From contig CM119267.1 of assembly GCA_051294375.1 (NCBI GenBank), positions 20,833,476 to 20,897,475 on the forward strand: 64,000 nucleotides of DNA, written 5' to 3'. The position numbers and the translations under genes are program-made. Under the pieces are notes generated by a model that had not been told where the DNA came from, did no database searches, and saw only the letters and a list, made by a program, of their open reading frames with translations. Numbering within the stretch: the first letter of the stretch is position 1; each line of letters begins with the position of its first letter. This DNA is from Paraspadella gotoi. Lineage: Eukaryota; Animalia; Chaetognatha. Positions 16,925-29,700 of this stretch are shown here, one piece after another.

Positions 16925-19900
16925 TTAATGATTATTAAAAAAAAAAATGCTTTTCAAACTGACATCAACTGTAGAAGTGTTGAACGGTTTATAGTATGTA
17001 AGGCTACTATTCGACATCTTATGAAATACTTCGCTATCTCATTTGGATATTTAAGGTAAAGTGACAAATATTATGAAATCTTCTCAATTTGCAATTTATG
17101 CAGACGTCTTTTCTTTTCCAAATAATCTCAATCCCAGTAGTTTTTCTTATTCGGTGATCATATTTGTTTACGTCAATATGTATTATGGTAATACATTTTA
17201 CAGTGTGGTCAAACATATGATTTTTCTGAACAACACGTTTTAATCTGATGTACAGCAAATTTTTGATATAATCTGAAGAGTGGTATTTGCCTCGACTATC
17301 TAAGGTGCATCGTTAGCGCGTTATGTATGTGGAGGTTTTGAAGATTCGAATAGCCTCTCAGCTGTTAAACGGTCTAACTTAAGCCTAATGATAAGGCTCC
17401 AGCCGATAATTTAAGCTAAGGAGATGAATATTAAAAAATGAGAAACAATAAGGTTTGAAATAGCTGATAGACGAAGTTTGTAGTTATCACCTGGTACAAA
17501 ACGTATATTCTGTTAATGCAAGTAATATACAATTTTGGCTTTTTTAAATAACTCAATTAACTTGTTACTCCATGTGAGGTCTGTTGTCTATAATAATCCT
17601 AAATAATTTTAATGCTATTATACATAGGTTCTCTACAACAAAGATAACAAATTATTTCAAAATAAAAAGATTAAAGAACGATTTATAAGGTATACAATTT
17701 GATTTCGGGACACAGATCCAAGAAACCATCAAAACACCCACCTCAAGTTTATGAAGGTTCGTTGAAGAGCTTTTACAGAAGGTGAGATCTTTTTGACGAA
17801 GCCTCAGCATGCCTTGACATCGTCCGGCGTCTTATTGCGGCAGCACTCTCCAAGACGTCCAAGAGGGCGCCCTCAAAACGCGGTTGATTCAGTGGGATAT
17901 TTGCGGTCAGGTTTCTTCATCTTGATCATCACTCATTGGCGAGGCTTGAACACCTGGGTTAGAGGACTTGGACTATGAGATTTGTAAGTCCCAACATAAT
18001 AGGGCAATACCAATTTCGGGGCTTAAAATCTGCTCTTGGGGTGAGGCCACTAGAGATCAGGACTTCATCGTGATTGTTCATCTTCTTTGCTGATGGACTT
18101 TGAAGCTTCGGTTGGTCAGAAATGAATTTATTAAACGTGTCATGTCTTTGAAATGCACTTTTAATTAAATTTGTAACGTGAGACCGTCATGCCATATTTT
18201 GTCAAATAGTTTCTGTAATCAAGATGTGACTAGGATAGTTGCACCTCTTGTTTTGAGCGATCGGTGAGCATCTTCAACCAATTGCTGGAATATTTTTGGA
18301 GCAGTATACGCCTTTCCGATAACCTTGATTGAAGAGGGCGTTCTTGCTCCTGTGATTTAGCATGCTTATGAGACCAGGAAGGATCAATCTTCTCGTCCCC
18401 AACAATTTTCTCAGGAAAGAAGAAGACTAATTGCGGTCGAGTTAATTTTCTCGATATTGCGTTGCATTCTTTCCTGTTTTGTGATCATTCGGATTAGAGC
18501 CATTTCCATTGCTTTGGGAAGTATCCAATCCGAAGACAGCAAGAAATTATGTGTTGTAGAGCTGTTTCAGCACCCTTCTAGATGGTAAATTTCGGAGCAT
18601 TTTATGGTTTTATGTTATTGATCCCGCCCTGTCTGAGTTGGCATTTTTAAACGTTTGGATTAGTTTCATACTATATTTTCCATTCTAAACTCTCATTACA
18701 AATGTCTTCATATCAGGATTCATATCTTCTGTTGTTTTGTATCATGGGAAAAGATAAGATTGGTATTGTGAACGTTGTTAGTTATTTATTTGCCATTCTT
18801 GTCTTTCAGGAAGCAACAAGGTGATTGCACGCTATACATATTTCGAGTTATCAGCAAAAATAGCAAGGTTTGCCGATTGTTTTCTGCTACAGAACCTATC
18901 ACCTCTACGAAGCTATTTGCATCTGGAGGGAATTTGAGAATTAATTCGTGATATTGTTTATTATTTCCATTTTTTGCTGCGTCTTTTTCTTCATAAATTT
19001 GTTTACTTTGACTTTGTAATAATTTGACCAGAAACATGTTTTGTTAGCAATTCTTAGTCTTCTACATAACACTAATTGTATTCTTTCTTATTTCTCAGTG
19101 GAGCAGAATAACCCACTTTTCTATAGTTAATTTTGTCTTGATATCTGCTCGTTTCTTTTTTATCGGGCTTTTGTGTAATTTACTATTTGTAATTTCCGTC
19201 TTTTATGATCATTTCTTTAGCTCGGTGTTTTCATTGTAAGAGGTTATTATCAAATTAGAAAATGGTGTTTTATTTTTGTATCAAGTTTTCTGAAAGTGTA
19301 AGATTTCTGGTTCTTTAAATTGACTACTCCATCTTAATAGATTTCTTCGAAATTTTTGCTCAATGAGTTTCTTTAAGTGGTATCACCGTTTTTTCATATT
19401 TTAAAGAGATGTTGTCAGAACTGGAAATGGTCTTGAACCGACACATTCCATCAGACTGTTACATGAGTCTATTTGGCGCACAGTGCTTGTACCTACTGTT
19501 AGACAGACGTCTAGAACATTTGCTTCGCCGTTAGATTTGCTGATGAAGGTTGGTGAGTACCATGTTACCCGGAAAGAGTGGTATTTAGAAATGGTAAGAG
19601 AGTAAGTCATTTCACCCTTTGCTGTTATCAAATCTTCCGCCGAGGTAGACCGTTGAGAAGAGTTTAAGTCGCTCTTTTGCAATAGACTGTGAAATAACAT
19701 TAGATCTGTTTGATATATTTGAATAGAATTAAATATGGTCTTCATTTAGATACAAGTATAGGATGATTATATGCAGTGCCAATTTATTAATCTTTTTGTT
19801 TCCTTTAAAGACATTCAACAAATAAACATCTTAAGGTCTGTGTCAGGGCTTAAAATACGTGCAGTAGATTATTAGGAACACCTATCATTACTCCTCCTGC

Positions 19901-21790
19901 CCTAAGCGAATTTAGATTCTTTTAAAATACTTTATAGCCTTTGAAGCAAAACTATTATCTTCTTGCCTTAACATCTTACATCATTACAAATTAGGAAAAG
20001 GTTATAATGATTCTTAAAGAAACTTATAATGTATTTAAAGAGTTTCAACCATTCGTTTAGGGGACCATTATGTATTATATACTTTAGGATTGCGGACGGT
20101 GCAGTTTCTCAGGCTCATTTGGCATATTTTGTATTTTTTCTCTTGTTTTTCTTAGGCATAAGATAGACGTGCTGACCGTTGATTCTAACATGCCTTCTTC
20201 GTTCATTGGTTTGTTCTGTTCTTGCACTTTGAGATTCGATGCATTCCAATTCATCTTCCAATTATTCTGACAATTCCTGAGTAGAGAGAGGGAATTTGTT
20301 TTGAGTATTCATTTGCCTGACTTTTGGATTCTGAAAGCCTTTTTGTCATTTTTTGTGAAGAAGAACTCCCTATTTGGATATGTTTTCCTTGATCTCTTTT
20401 GTGTTGCATCAGACGAGTTGGCAGAGGCGTGTGTTTCTGTATAGGTATGCCCTTCTTTGACCACTGTGTCATACTGATTTTGGACGATCGGGTCAGTAAA
20501 CCAAGTCGATAGTACTGACGCTTGTTATTTCCAAGTATCATCTCAGTAGGAGGGAATGCCATAAATTATGTGAGTAAGCAGCACCTTATCGTAGGTTGTA
20601 TAGAAAACTGCATAAGAATTTCTAGCAACACTTGAGTAGGTGCAGCTCCTCTTGGATTCGGTTTTCTGATGTATTTTTCATTATGTAACCTGTTGATATA
20701 GTAGGGCAGTTGCTCTTCGAGTAGCAGTGGTGTTTTTCCACCACAGTTAGCACATTTGCATCCTCAAAAGGTTTATTCACCGTTTTATGAGAATGTATTA
20801 CCGACGCAACGAAGGCTAAACAGGGTTTTTTTAGCTAGCACATGAGCGAGAGCCATGGCCAAATTGGATCTGTACCACTGGAAGCACTGAAACACGACCT
20901 GACTGTATGTCTCACCATCAGGATGACCTTTTTAAAATGTTGATGCTCCTTTTCCAAGTTTTTCTTTTTCTTGAAGTGAAGTGAAGGTGTGACTTTTACG
21001 CTTCACGAAGGTTCTCCTGTTCGTTCCTAGTTAAGAGACGCTTGCATCACGCTTGGCGTAAATGCCCTTACCTCGTAACGTCATGACTTTATGTTCTCTT
21101 CACTGTATTCAGGTGTCCAATACCTTGTATCTAACAACAAAATGAGAAACTTTGTATTAGGCCGTTGTTTATTCTTGTGTGGAAGTAAACGATATCATGA
21201 ATCCAGTCTCCAGTGTTAGTAAACTGTTATGCTTCTGTTCATTTGCTGCTATGATGTATAATTATCACCGGTTTTGTTGTTTTACCTCCTCTATACATAT
21301 AGGTTCTTTTATAAAAGGCTTCATCGATTGCAGAAAGCAATTTGGTCGAGACATTTTTTATTTCCGTGTGAAGATTCAGTGGAAATGGCGACAGGTCCTT
21401 CTCAGATTGGTAGCTGTTCTTGGGCATTTCTTAATGGTTGTGGCCTGTGATGGATTTTGGCCTCTTCTGAATTTGCATGTTGTTTGGGTCTGGCGCCTAA
21501 TCTGTCCAACGATCATGTCTATTAGTTAGATTTGTAGCAAGCATCTTTACAAAGCGTTTCTTTTCGTATTGCCACGCAAGTTCTTAAATTCGTTTAATTT
21601 AGTTTTTCTTCTGGAGCTGAGATTTCTGAAAATTTCAGGATTCTTGAGTTCTTCGTTTGAGTTTCTCCATTTTTCGACGAGAAGATGACTTGTTTCTTTT
21701 ACTTTAGCGGCTCATTTCATATTGCTCGAAAATTCTTGGCCAGTTAAGGTTGGAAATCGCATGGTCAGCTGCAGACTGACTACTATATTC
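16925..21790 (-). mobile_element. Near full-length non-LTR (LINE) retrotransposon with a CCHC-type gag-like ORF1 and an APE-RT ORF2, frameshifted
   Basis: Minus-strand motifs: Cys/His knuckles VFQCFQ...GH (about 20850-20900) and CKCANCGG (about 20740-20760); APE-like LDVCLT (about 19500); RT RP-ISLLS (about 18420), FDKIWHDGL (18181-18206), FLTNRSFKV (about 18100), and a G-PQ-ILSP-like segment followed by YVG (about 17990-18050). The ends are approximate. Confidence 0.9.
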
Positions 21791-22299
21791 AAGTACTGAG
21801 ATTAATATTGAAATAAATGTTTAATTTGTGCTAATTTAAAATGACTTGTATGGAAATCCGTCTAAAAGCATGTCAGGAGGGCATCAGCCCCCATGTCATT
21901 TTTTAAATCAGTTATTATGTTTAGGACGTTGAATGCTGTATCAACAAGGTAGGCGAAAGATTGTAAATTTCCAAAAAATTCGGAGCATTACGTGTTCGCT
22001 TCGGAGCGTTTCGTGCAGAGATGAGAGAGATGTGAGACGACTAGTGAGCAGACGATGANNNNNNNNNNNNNNNNNNNNNNNNNGAGAGAGAGAGAGAGAG
22101 AGACGTTCACCGAAATATGACAGAAAATAATGGAATTTAAAATAAAGAAAAAGAGAGGTTAGGAAAAAAATAAAAAAAATAAAAAAGAAATAAAAACGAA
22201 ATAACCGGAAATATGAAAAGTTGAAAAACGGAAAACGAAATTTGAAAATCACCAGGAGTCATGGTGGATAAAATTGGTGAAAGAAATAACAAGATAGGA

Positions 22300-22333
<34 letters not shown>

Positions 22334-22930
22334 NNNNNNNNNNNNNNNNNNNNNNNNNNNNNNNNNNNNNNNNNNNNNNNNNNNNNNNNNNNNNNNNNNN
22401 NNNNNNNNNNNNNNNNNNNNNNNNNNNNNNNNNNNNNNNNNNNNNNNNNNNNNNNNNNNNNNNNNNNNNNNNNNNNNNNNNNNNNNNNNNNNNNNNNNNN
22501 NNNNNNNNNNNNNNNNNNNNNNNNNNNNNNNNNCTTTCATAATGCAGTATGAAGTTAAACAGTTTTTATTTCTAACTCTTTTGATTTATTACTTTATGAT
22601 AAATGATAAATGATAAATTTCTATAATATTTAGTAAAAACCACCACTGCCGGTCTAATGTCAGGGGCAAATGAATTCATAATATTTACATTTGTTGCGCC
22701 AATTTCATATATGTAAATCTGAAAATTTCTAACCCGAAATCGCTGTCTCCGGTAGACTTTATTTCCCTCGCTTTAAACGACTTCCAGTGTACTNNNNNNN
22801 NNNGAAATATGCTGGAATAGAATATTTAACAAGGGGTGAAGGGGTTCTCGAGTTGTAAAATAAGAAAGTTGATGAGTTGGGAAGTTCAGACGTGATTTTC
22901 TTTTTACTTCCAAGAAACGATGCCAAATCA

Positions 22931-22986
<56 letters not shown>

Positions 22987-23292
22987 AAAAAAAAATTAAT
23001 TTATGAATTTCTATGACTGAAATATTATCTGTTTCTTCGTATTTAAATTTCAAAATATCATTAAAAACTTGTACTAAATGTTTACTGATTAAAGCTTCGA
23101 GCAAAAAAAAAAAAATAATTAAAAAATTAACAAAGTTCTTTCTTAAACTTAATTTTCGATCAATTTAACGAATCAAAATATTCAAATTATCATCCGGGGC
23201 AAAAAACCATTAATTAACTCGGAGAAGGATTTTCGAAATTCCGTCGTTAAAAATTCGGTCGGTAAACGAGGAACAATGACTAACAGAAGAGG

Positions 23293-23326
<34 letters not shown>

Positions 23327-24223
23327 NNNNNNNNNNNNNNNNNNNNNNNNNNNNNNNNNNNNNNNNNNNNNNNNNNNNNNNNNNNNNNNNNNNNNNNNNN
23401 NNNNNNNNNNNNNNNNNNNNNNNNNNNNNNNNNNNNNNNNNNNNNNNNNNNNNNNNNNNNNNNNNNNNNNNNNNNNNNNNNNNNNNNNNNNNNNNNNNNN
23501 NNNNNNNNNNNNNNNNNNNGAGACAACGACGACGACGACGACGACGATCAATAAGGGAAATAAATGTCGACAAATTCGACAGCGTTGACGACAAGGAAAA
23601 AAAAAACGACAAACAAACAATAAAAAAACGAAGAGACTCGATGGGAGAATTTTTGAAAAGCCCATTTCGGAATTTGGCTTGAGGGTTGAGGGTTNNNNNN
23701 NNNNNNNNNNNNNNNNNNNNNNNNNNNNNNNNNNNNNNNNNNNNNNNNNNNNNNNNNNNNNNNNNNNNNNNNNNNNNNNNNNNNNNNNNNNNNNNNNNNN
23801 NNNNNNNNNNNNNNNNNNNNNNNNNNNNNNNNNNNNNNNNNNNNNNTTCGAGTTTGAAATTTTCAATATATATAGAATTGAAGGTGAAATTATATTTTCA
23901 ATTTTTTTAAATTAATTAATTAATTAATTAATCGCCATTTTAATTGATTTTTTATATAAACCTAAAGACGATTGTACTGCCAGTTAGATTGCGCCATGAA
24001 TTGGTAAAGATGACTTTGACCGACTTGGCTCGAATCGCCTAAATTGCTTTAACACGGTTTGATTTGACGCGAGAGGTCAAAACTGAGTCGACCGACCGAG
24101 ACAACAGTTTAGGCTCAATGAAAGGATCGCCTTTTCTCTGAGAGAGAATCTTAAGGAATCACAGAAAAACGAGGAGAAAACGAGACGAGGAGTTCGTGCC
24201 CACCAGTCGGAAGAGTAGGGAAC

Positions 24224-24292
<69 letters not shown>

Positions 24293-25194
24293 ATTCAAAA
24301 AACAGTGCCGCCCCCTTTTTTTCGCCTCCGCGACGCCTAATTGGATTTTTGACTCCCTTTCGTCGGCCGCCGACCCGGGGGGAGTGAGAGAGAGAGAGAG
24401 GGAAAGTGGGTGGGTTTTAAGGGCAGGCAAAGGTGGTGAGTTAAGGGGAAGGGTGGAGGCCGGGGGGTTCGTTAAGGTGGTGTGTAGAGGCGGGGGCGGC
24501 TTATTTCGTGAAACGCACGAACAGGCGTGTCAGGCGATTACCGAATATTGGTTCGTGGTTACTAAAAAGGTACCCATGCCTCTCACAAAGCAAATTTACG
24601 TAGCTGTATTACATGACGCTAACATTAGCGACTTTGATTACCAATAGTATCATCTCAGAATACACAAAAAAAATGTCATCACAGGAAAAACTCAACGAAA
24701 TAATTGGCCAAAGGATCGGGTCACCGTTCACCCCCTTAATCCGATCGACCGCTGCGGTGCTCGCGTGTGATTGGTCGGAGCTTTGCGGCGTCGCCGCGTG
24801 ATTGGTCGGCTCTTGGGCGGCGTCATCCCTCGAGGAAAGAACAGAGTTAGCAGCGCCCCTCCTCAACGGAAGGGAAAAGAAAAACATTAGCGCGGGTAAC
24901 GAAAACAAAAAGGCAGCGAAACCAGGTGCGCGGGGGACTTGACGAAACTTTGGATTGGGTGGACGGAGTGAGGGGCGTTGGGATTGGCGTGGGGGGGGGG
25001 GAAGAAAAGGGTTGGGTAAGAAGGGTAAGGGTCAACGTTTTGAAAGAAAATAGGTGAGTTTTTTAGTTTAATATATTTTAAACTAAATGAAGGGAAAAAC
25101 TAACGCCGAATGATTGGTACGTGAGCGGACGAGCATTGGAAAACTCGCGACGGATTTGGGGTAAAAGTGACTCCGAAAACCAGACACCTGCGGT

Positions 25195-25262
25195 CTGAGC
25201 TGACAGACTGACACATTCGCTGACAGACTGACACCTGCGCTGATAGACTGACACCGGTATTG
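25195..25262. repeat. Approximately 20-bp minisatellite (gctgacagactgacacac-like), 3 copies
   Basis: The tandem units are visible directly. Confidence 0.65.
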
Positions 25263-25471
25263 ACTCGACTTTCTGGCCTCTGGGCGGTCTGAAGGGAAGA
25301 GACAGATAATAAACCAAGACTCGACCAAAGAAAAACGAGAGAGAGCGAGAGAGAGATAGAGAGAGAGAGAGAGAGGAGAGGAGAGATGAGAGCAGAGAGA
25401 GAAGAGAGAGAGAGGGAGGGAGAAAGAGAGAGAGAGAGAAGAGAAGAAGAGAGAGAGGAGAAAGAAGAGAG

Positions 25472-25505
<34 letters not shown>

Positions 25506-26122
25506 AGAAGAGAGAGAAAGAGAGAGAGAGAGACGCGAGCGAATAACTTTGAAAAAAGCGATAGATCTTTCAAAAAAAAAAAAAAAAACTACATTCTCAT
25601 AGAATCCACAAAAAAAAAAAAAAACCAAAACAAGTTTTTTTTCGAAATTTATGATGATTTGCAAAAATTAAACGGGCAATAAAAATAACAGGTATGATTG
25701 ACATAACCAAAGTTTAAGCCGTACACAGGCCGACGAACTCTGCTGCTCAGAGTAACCAAATAAGGGGAGAAAAAACAGCAGCGGCCACTGCAGCCGCCGC
25801 GGCTCCCGCTGCTGCTGGTAGAAAATTAACTCGGTCAATAGCAAATTCCCAGGCTGCTGTCGCGGCGGCGGCGGCGGCGGCGGCGCTGAGGGTTTCTTTT
25901 ACCGAAAGTCAAGGACGCGAAGATCGACCAAAACAAAGCAGGTTGTTGTCGTTGTTGTTGTTGTTGTCGTCGTAAAGGTTATTTTCTCTCTGGTGTCGAT
26001 GTCGTGTATGAATGTTACGTTGATCTCGGGTCCAAGCTCGTTAAAGGCAGACCTCGTAAAAGCCGAACTAGAGATGAACTTTAGTCGAGAGGGACACTAA
26101 AATCAGTCCCTTCTTTTAAAAA

Positions 26123-26168
<46 letters not shown>

Positions 26169-26764
26169 GACTGGCTCTTTCGGTCTTTGACGCTCTATCC
26201 TTATCTAGCTTTCAAGCTCTCGCTCTCTATCAGCTGTCCGAGTTCCGAAGCAGTTCGCACACTGTTTTTAAACTTTGGACTCCCCCACCGCAAAACAAAA
26301 TAAAACTTTCTGCGTCTTTAACCAAATCAAATTTATATTGCCTTATAAACACAAAAACCCAAACATGCAAAGAAAAGCAGATTAAGTATTTTTCCACTAT
26401 TTCATCTGATATACGAAATACTCTAATTTCGGGAAAAACCCAAATCGGCGGAAAAAAATAATTAAGAAAAAAAAAAGAAAGAAAAACATACGAAATTTCG
26501 TACAAACCGAGAAGAGACGCAAAATAATTACAAAGAACGAGCAATAGTGATTTGACAATTTTGTTATTAGCGAGTAATCTCGTTTTGAAATAAATGTCAA
26601 ACGAGCGCAAATGAAAATATATATCATAAATAAACGATCAAAAAGGACGACGTTAGTTCCTTGAATAAAAAAAAAACAAACAAAAAAAAATACAAAAAAC
26701 TAAAATTGAAATAAATAAAAACTAAAATATTACCTAAAATAAAATCGCAAAAGAAACCCCAAAA

Positions 26765-29700
26765 ATGGCGCGGAATCTCTCAGTCGTTTCCCCTCAATTT
26801 TTGAGAAACGTCTTGAAAAGAAATTGCTATTTATCGATCGCTGGAGACGGAAGTAAGTTGTAGCGCAGGGGTGGGGAGGGGTAAAGGTTTGTCTTGACGG
26901 TTAGGAGAGTGTCATGCGCATTTAGTCTTGTTGGTCTGACAAAAAATTATACATATTAGTAAAATAAACGTGGAAGTTACGAAATTACGTATTTCATTAT
27001 ATTTTTATTTTATTTCAATTTTTTATTAACCTTTTTATAAATATTTTATTATCCTCATCTTATTTTTACTATTTTTCAAAATCATTATTTCGAGTTTTTT
27101 TACATCTGATAATATTTGTATTATTTGTATTATTGCCCTCCAGCTTCAATGGGTCAACAACGAAGAGACAAACGAGTCAAGATTCTCCACGCTTCCGTCA
27201 ATCCACAGGTAGCTTCCCTTTCCAAGCAGCTTGGTATCTCAAATTACAATCAGCTTACTATTAAAACTACTTTTTGCGTAATCATATTTAAATGCTAACG
27301 AATATGTTACGTTCTCCCCCAATCCTGGCTAACTTTTTTTAACGTTCACCGTCTCTAGGGCAACGCGATGTATCGTCGCGAGAGAATTCCGACCGCTACT
27401 CTTTTCGACACGACCAAATGCTGCGACGGCAAATCGCGGTTTCAGCAGACGCTGCCGCCGCTGCAGCAGTTCGAGGACTACGTCAACCGATTGGGAATCA
27501 GGTTTCGTTAACGTTGTTAGCCGATTGGGGACGATTTGTTAAAATATCGGGGCATGAAAGTTAAGAATACGCGATAAAAAATTTCTTATTCTTAAAATTC
27601 ACCACTAAAATCCAAAATTTTATTACATAAGCCCAGGCTACAAAGGATGAGGAAAATAACATTTGTAAATAACCAAATAACAGTTTTCAGGTTTTCTTAT
27701 TTTGTCTTGTGAGAGCCAGAGAGATTGAAGCCTTAACCCAAAGCCAGTACTATGGAATGAGGAAAGATGGCTTATTTATTATTTATTTTGTGTCATTTTG
27801 TGATACTATGATTTCCTCTGCCAAATTTCTTATAACCGTAAGCTTTCGTCAAATCTAATCCTTCTTTCGATCACAATGTCCAGAAACTCCAACCACGTGG
27901 TTATCTACGATCCTTACCCGGCGACGATGGGTTTCTACGCGGCGCCGCGCGTCTGGTGGATGTTCAAAGTCTTTGGCCACGACGCCGTTTCCGTGCTGGA
28001 CGGAGGAATGAGGCATTGGGATCAGGTTGGTCGATACAAGCATTGGTTATCGAGGCAAGCAATCGAATAAACATTCGATGAACAATTTTATTCTGCCAAC
28101 CAGTTATTTATTTAAACTACAAATCAACCAACCAACTAAACATAATAATAATAATCATTTGGTAAACCAACTATTTGACCAAGCAACCAGTTGACACAGA
28201 AACCATTTGTCCAAGCAACTCTTTGACCAAGAAACCATTTGATTTAGCAGCCATTTAATCTAGCAAAACTTAATAATAGCTTTATCAACNNNNNNNNNNN
28301 NNNNNNNNNNNNNNATTATCAACCGCACACATTAGCAAATTAATTTTAACCAATCGACTGTTCCTTTGTTTCTCCATTTTCAGCTTCGATTCCCCATCGA
28401 TCTTCAAGAGATCGAGTCGGAGATTCCAGCCACAAAGGTCCTCGAGCCGCAAGGGATTCGTCGCTTCCTTCAGACCGAATCTCGTTAAGAAGTACGAAGA
28501 GATCGTCCAGAATCTCTCGGAGGAGAAATTTCCAGGGAAGAGCTTTAAGAATGAATTAAAAAGATGGTAAATGAGATGACGAAGGCTATTGCATCTGTTA
28601 TGCATTATTTAGATTTTCTTAGTTTAGTATATTTTCATTACGTAATTACGAACTTTTTAACTTTCCATGATGTTTTGCCGATTGGTTTACAGATTTCATT
28701 CCTTTCAAACTAATATAAATAGTAGCATAGTATGTGTAGTTTGTTGTCCGCTTTCTTCTTTTTCTTTCTTCGTTTAATCTTGAATCTTTTTAATTTCAAT
28801 ACAATATTCATTTATTAGGTTTTGGACGCTCGAAGCCCGGAGACTTTCTCGGGAGACTCCTACCAGGCTTTTGGTAAGTTAAACGACTAAAAGATAAGCA
28901 GGAAAAACAAAACTCATTCCCTCAAATTACTTTCCATAACCAGGCGCCCTCTACGCCGACGAAGCGTATCAAGCGCCGTGGTTGGCGTTGGCTCATCGCG
29001 TCCCTCGATCGCGGAATCTCTACTTTCGATCGCTGATCGACGCGGAGACGCAGCGGCTGAGGCCGAGAAACCAGCTGCTGCAGCACGTCGGCGTCAATTT
29101 TGTGGTGAGGGCGTTTGAACAGGTTGAACGTTCGCGTGATCTTTTTAACATAATTCTTACAAAAACAATTTAAAATAAATAGTTTTGTGGAATTGAACTC
29201 CGGGTCCTCCCATTCACGGTCGATCCCCGACATCTCGTGGCCGGCTCGTGTTGGTTTGGATGATATTGATTTCACTTTTATAAACCTTTATATAAATTCT
29301 CTCCATATACAAATTGACCTTTTGTTATCATCAAACAAAAGAGCATTTTATTTTGAACTAACCAGCTGATTCCATTGAACATAATTCCATTATTATTCAT
29401 CAAGCTTGGAAACCACTTAAAATTGTTTAGAGGAAAAATTCAGACTCACATACTTGTTATCAATTTTCCCTTTTTCTTGTAATGTTTATTTAATTGCAAT
29501 CGTTTAATTAATTAATTAATTAATTATTGTTATCGTATTAATATAGATATTTTCCCATATTTGCTTGTGCATAAGCATTTTGGAATATCTATATGCTTTG
29601 ATTATTTTATTACTAAAAAAAAGGTATTAGAAATCAATTATTTATTACACAAAATGCAAATGAGGTGACTCTACAGACATATTCTAGACAAGCGCAACCA

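Noticed and set aside
24760-25125. Repeated cgcgtg..attggtcgg (CCAAT-box-like) motifs as a promoter
   Set aside because: The motifs are short, about 1.7-2 kb from the nearest supported start codon, and no linked transcript can be identified.
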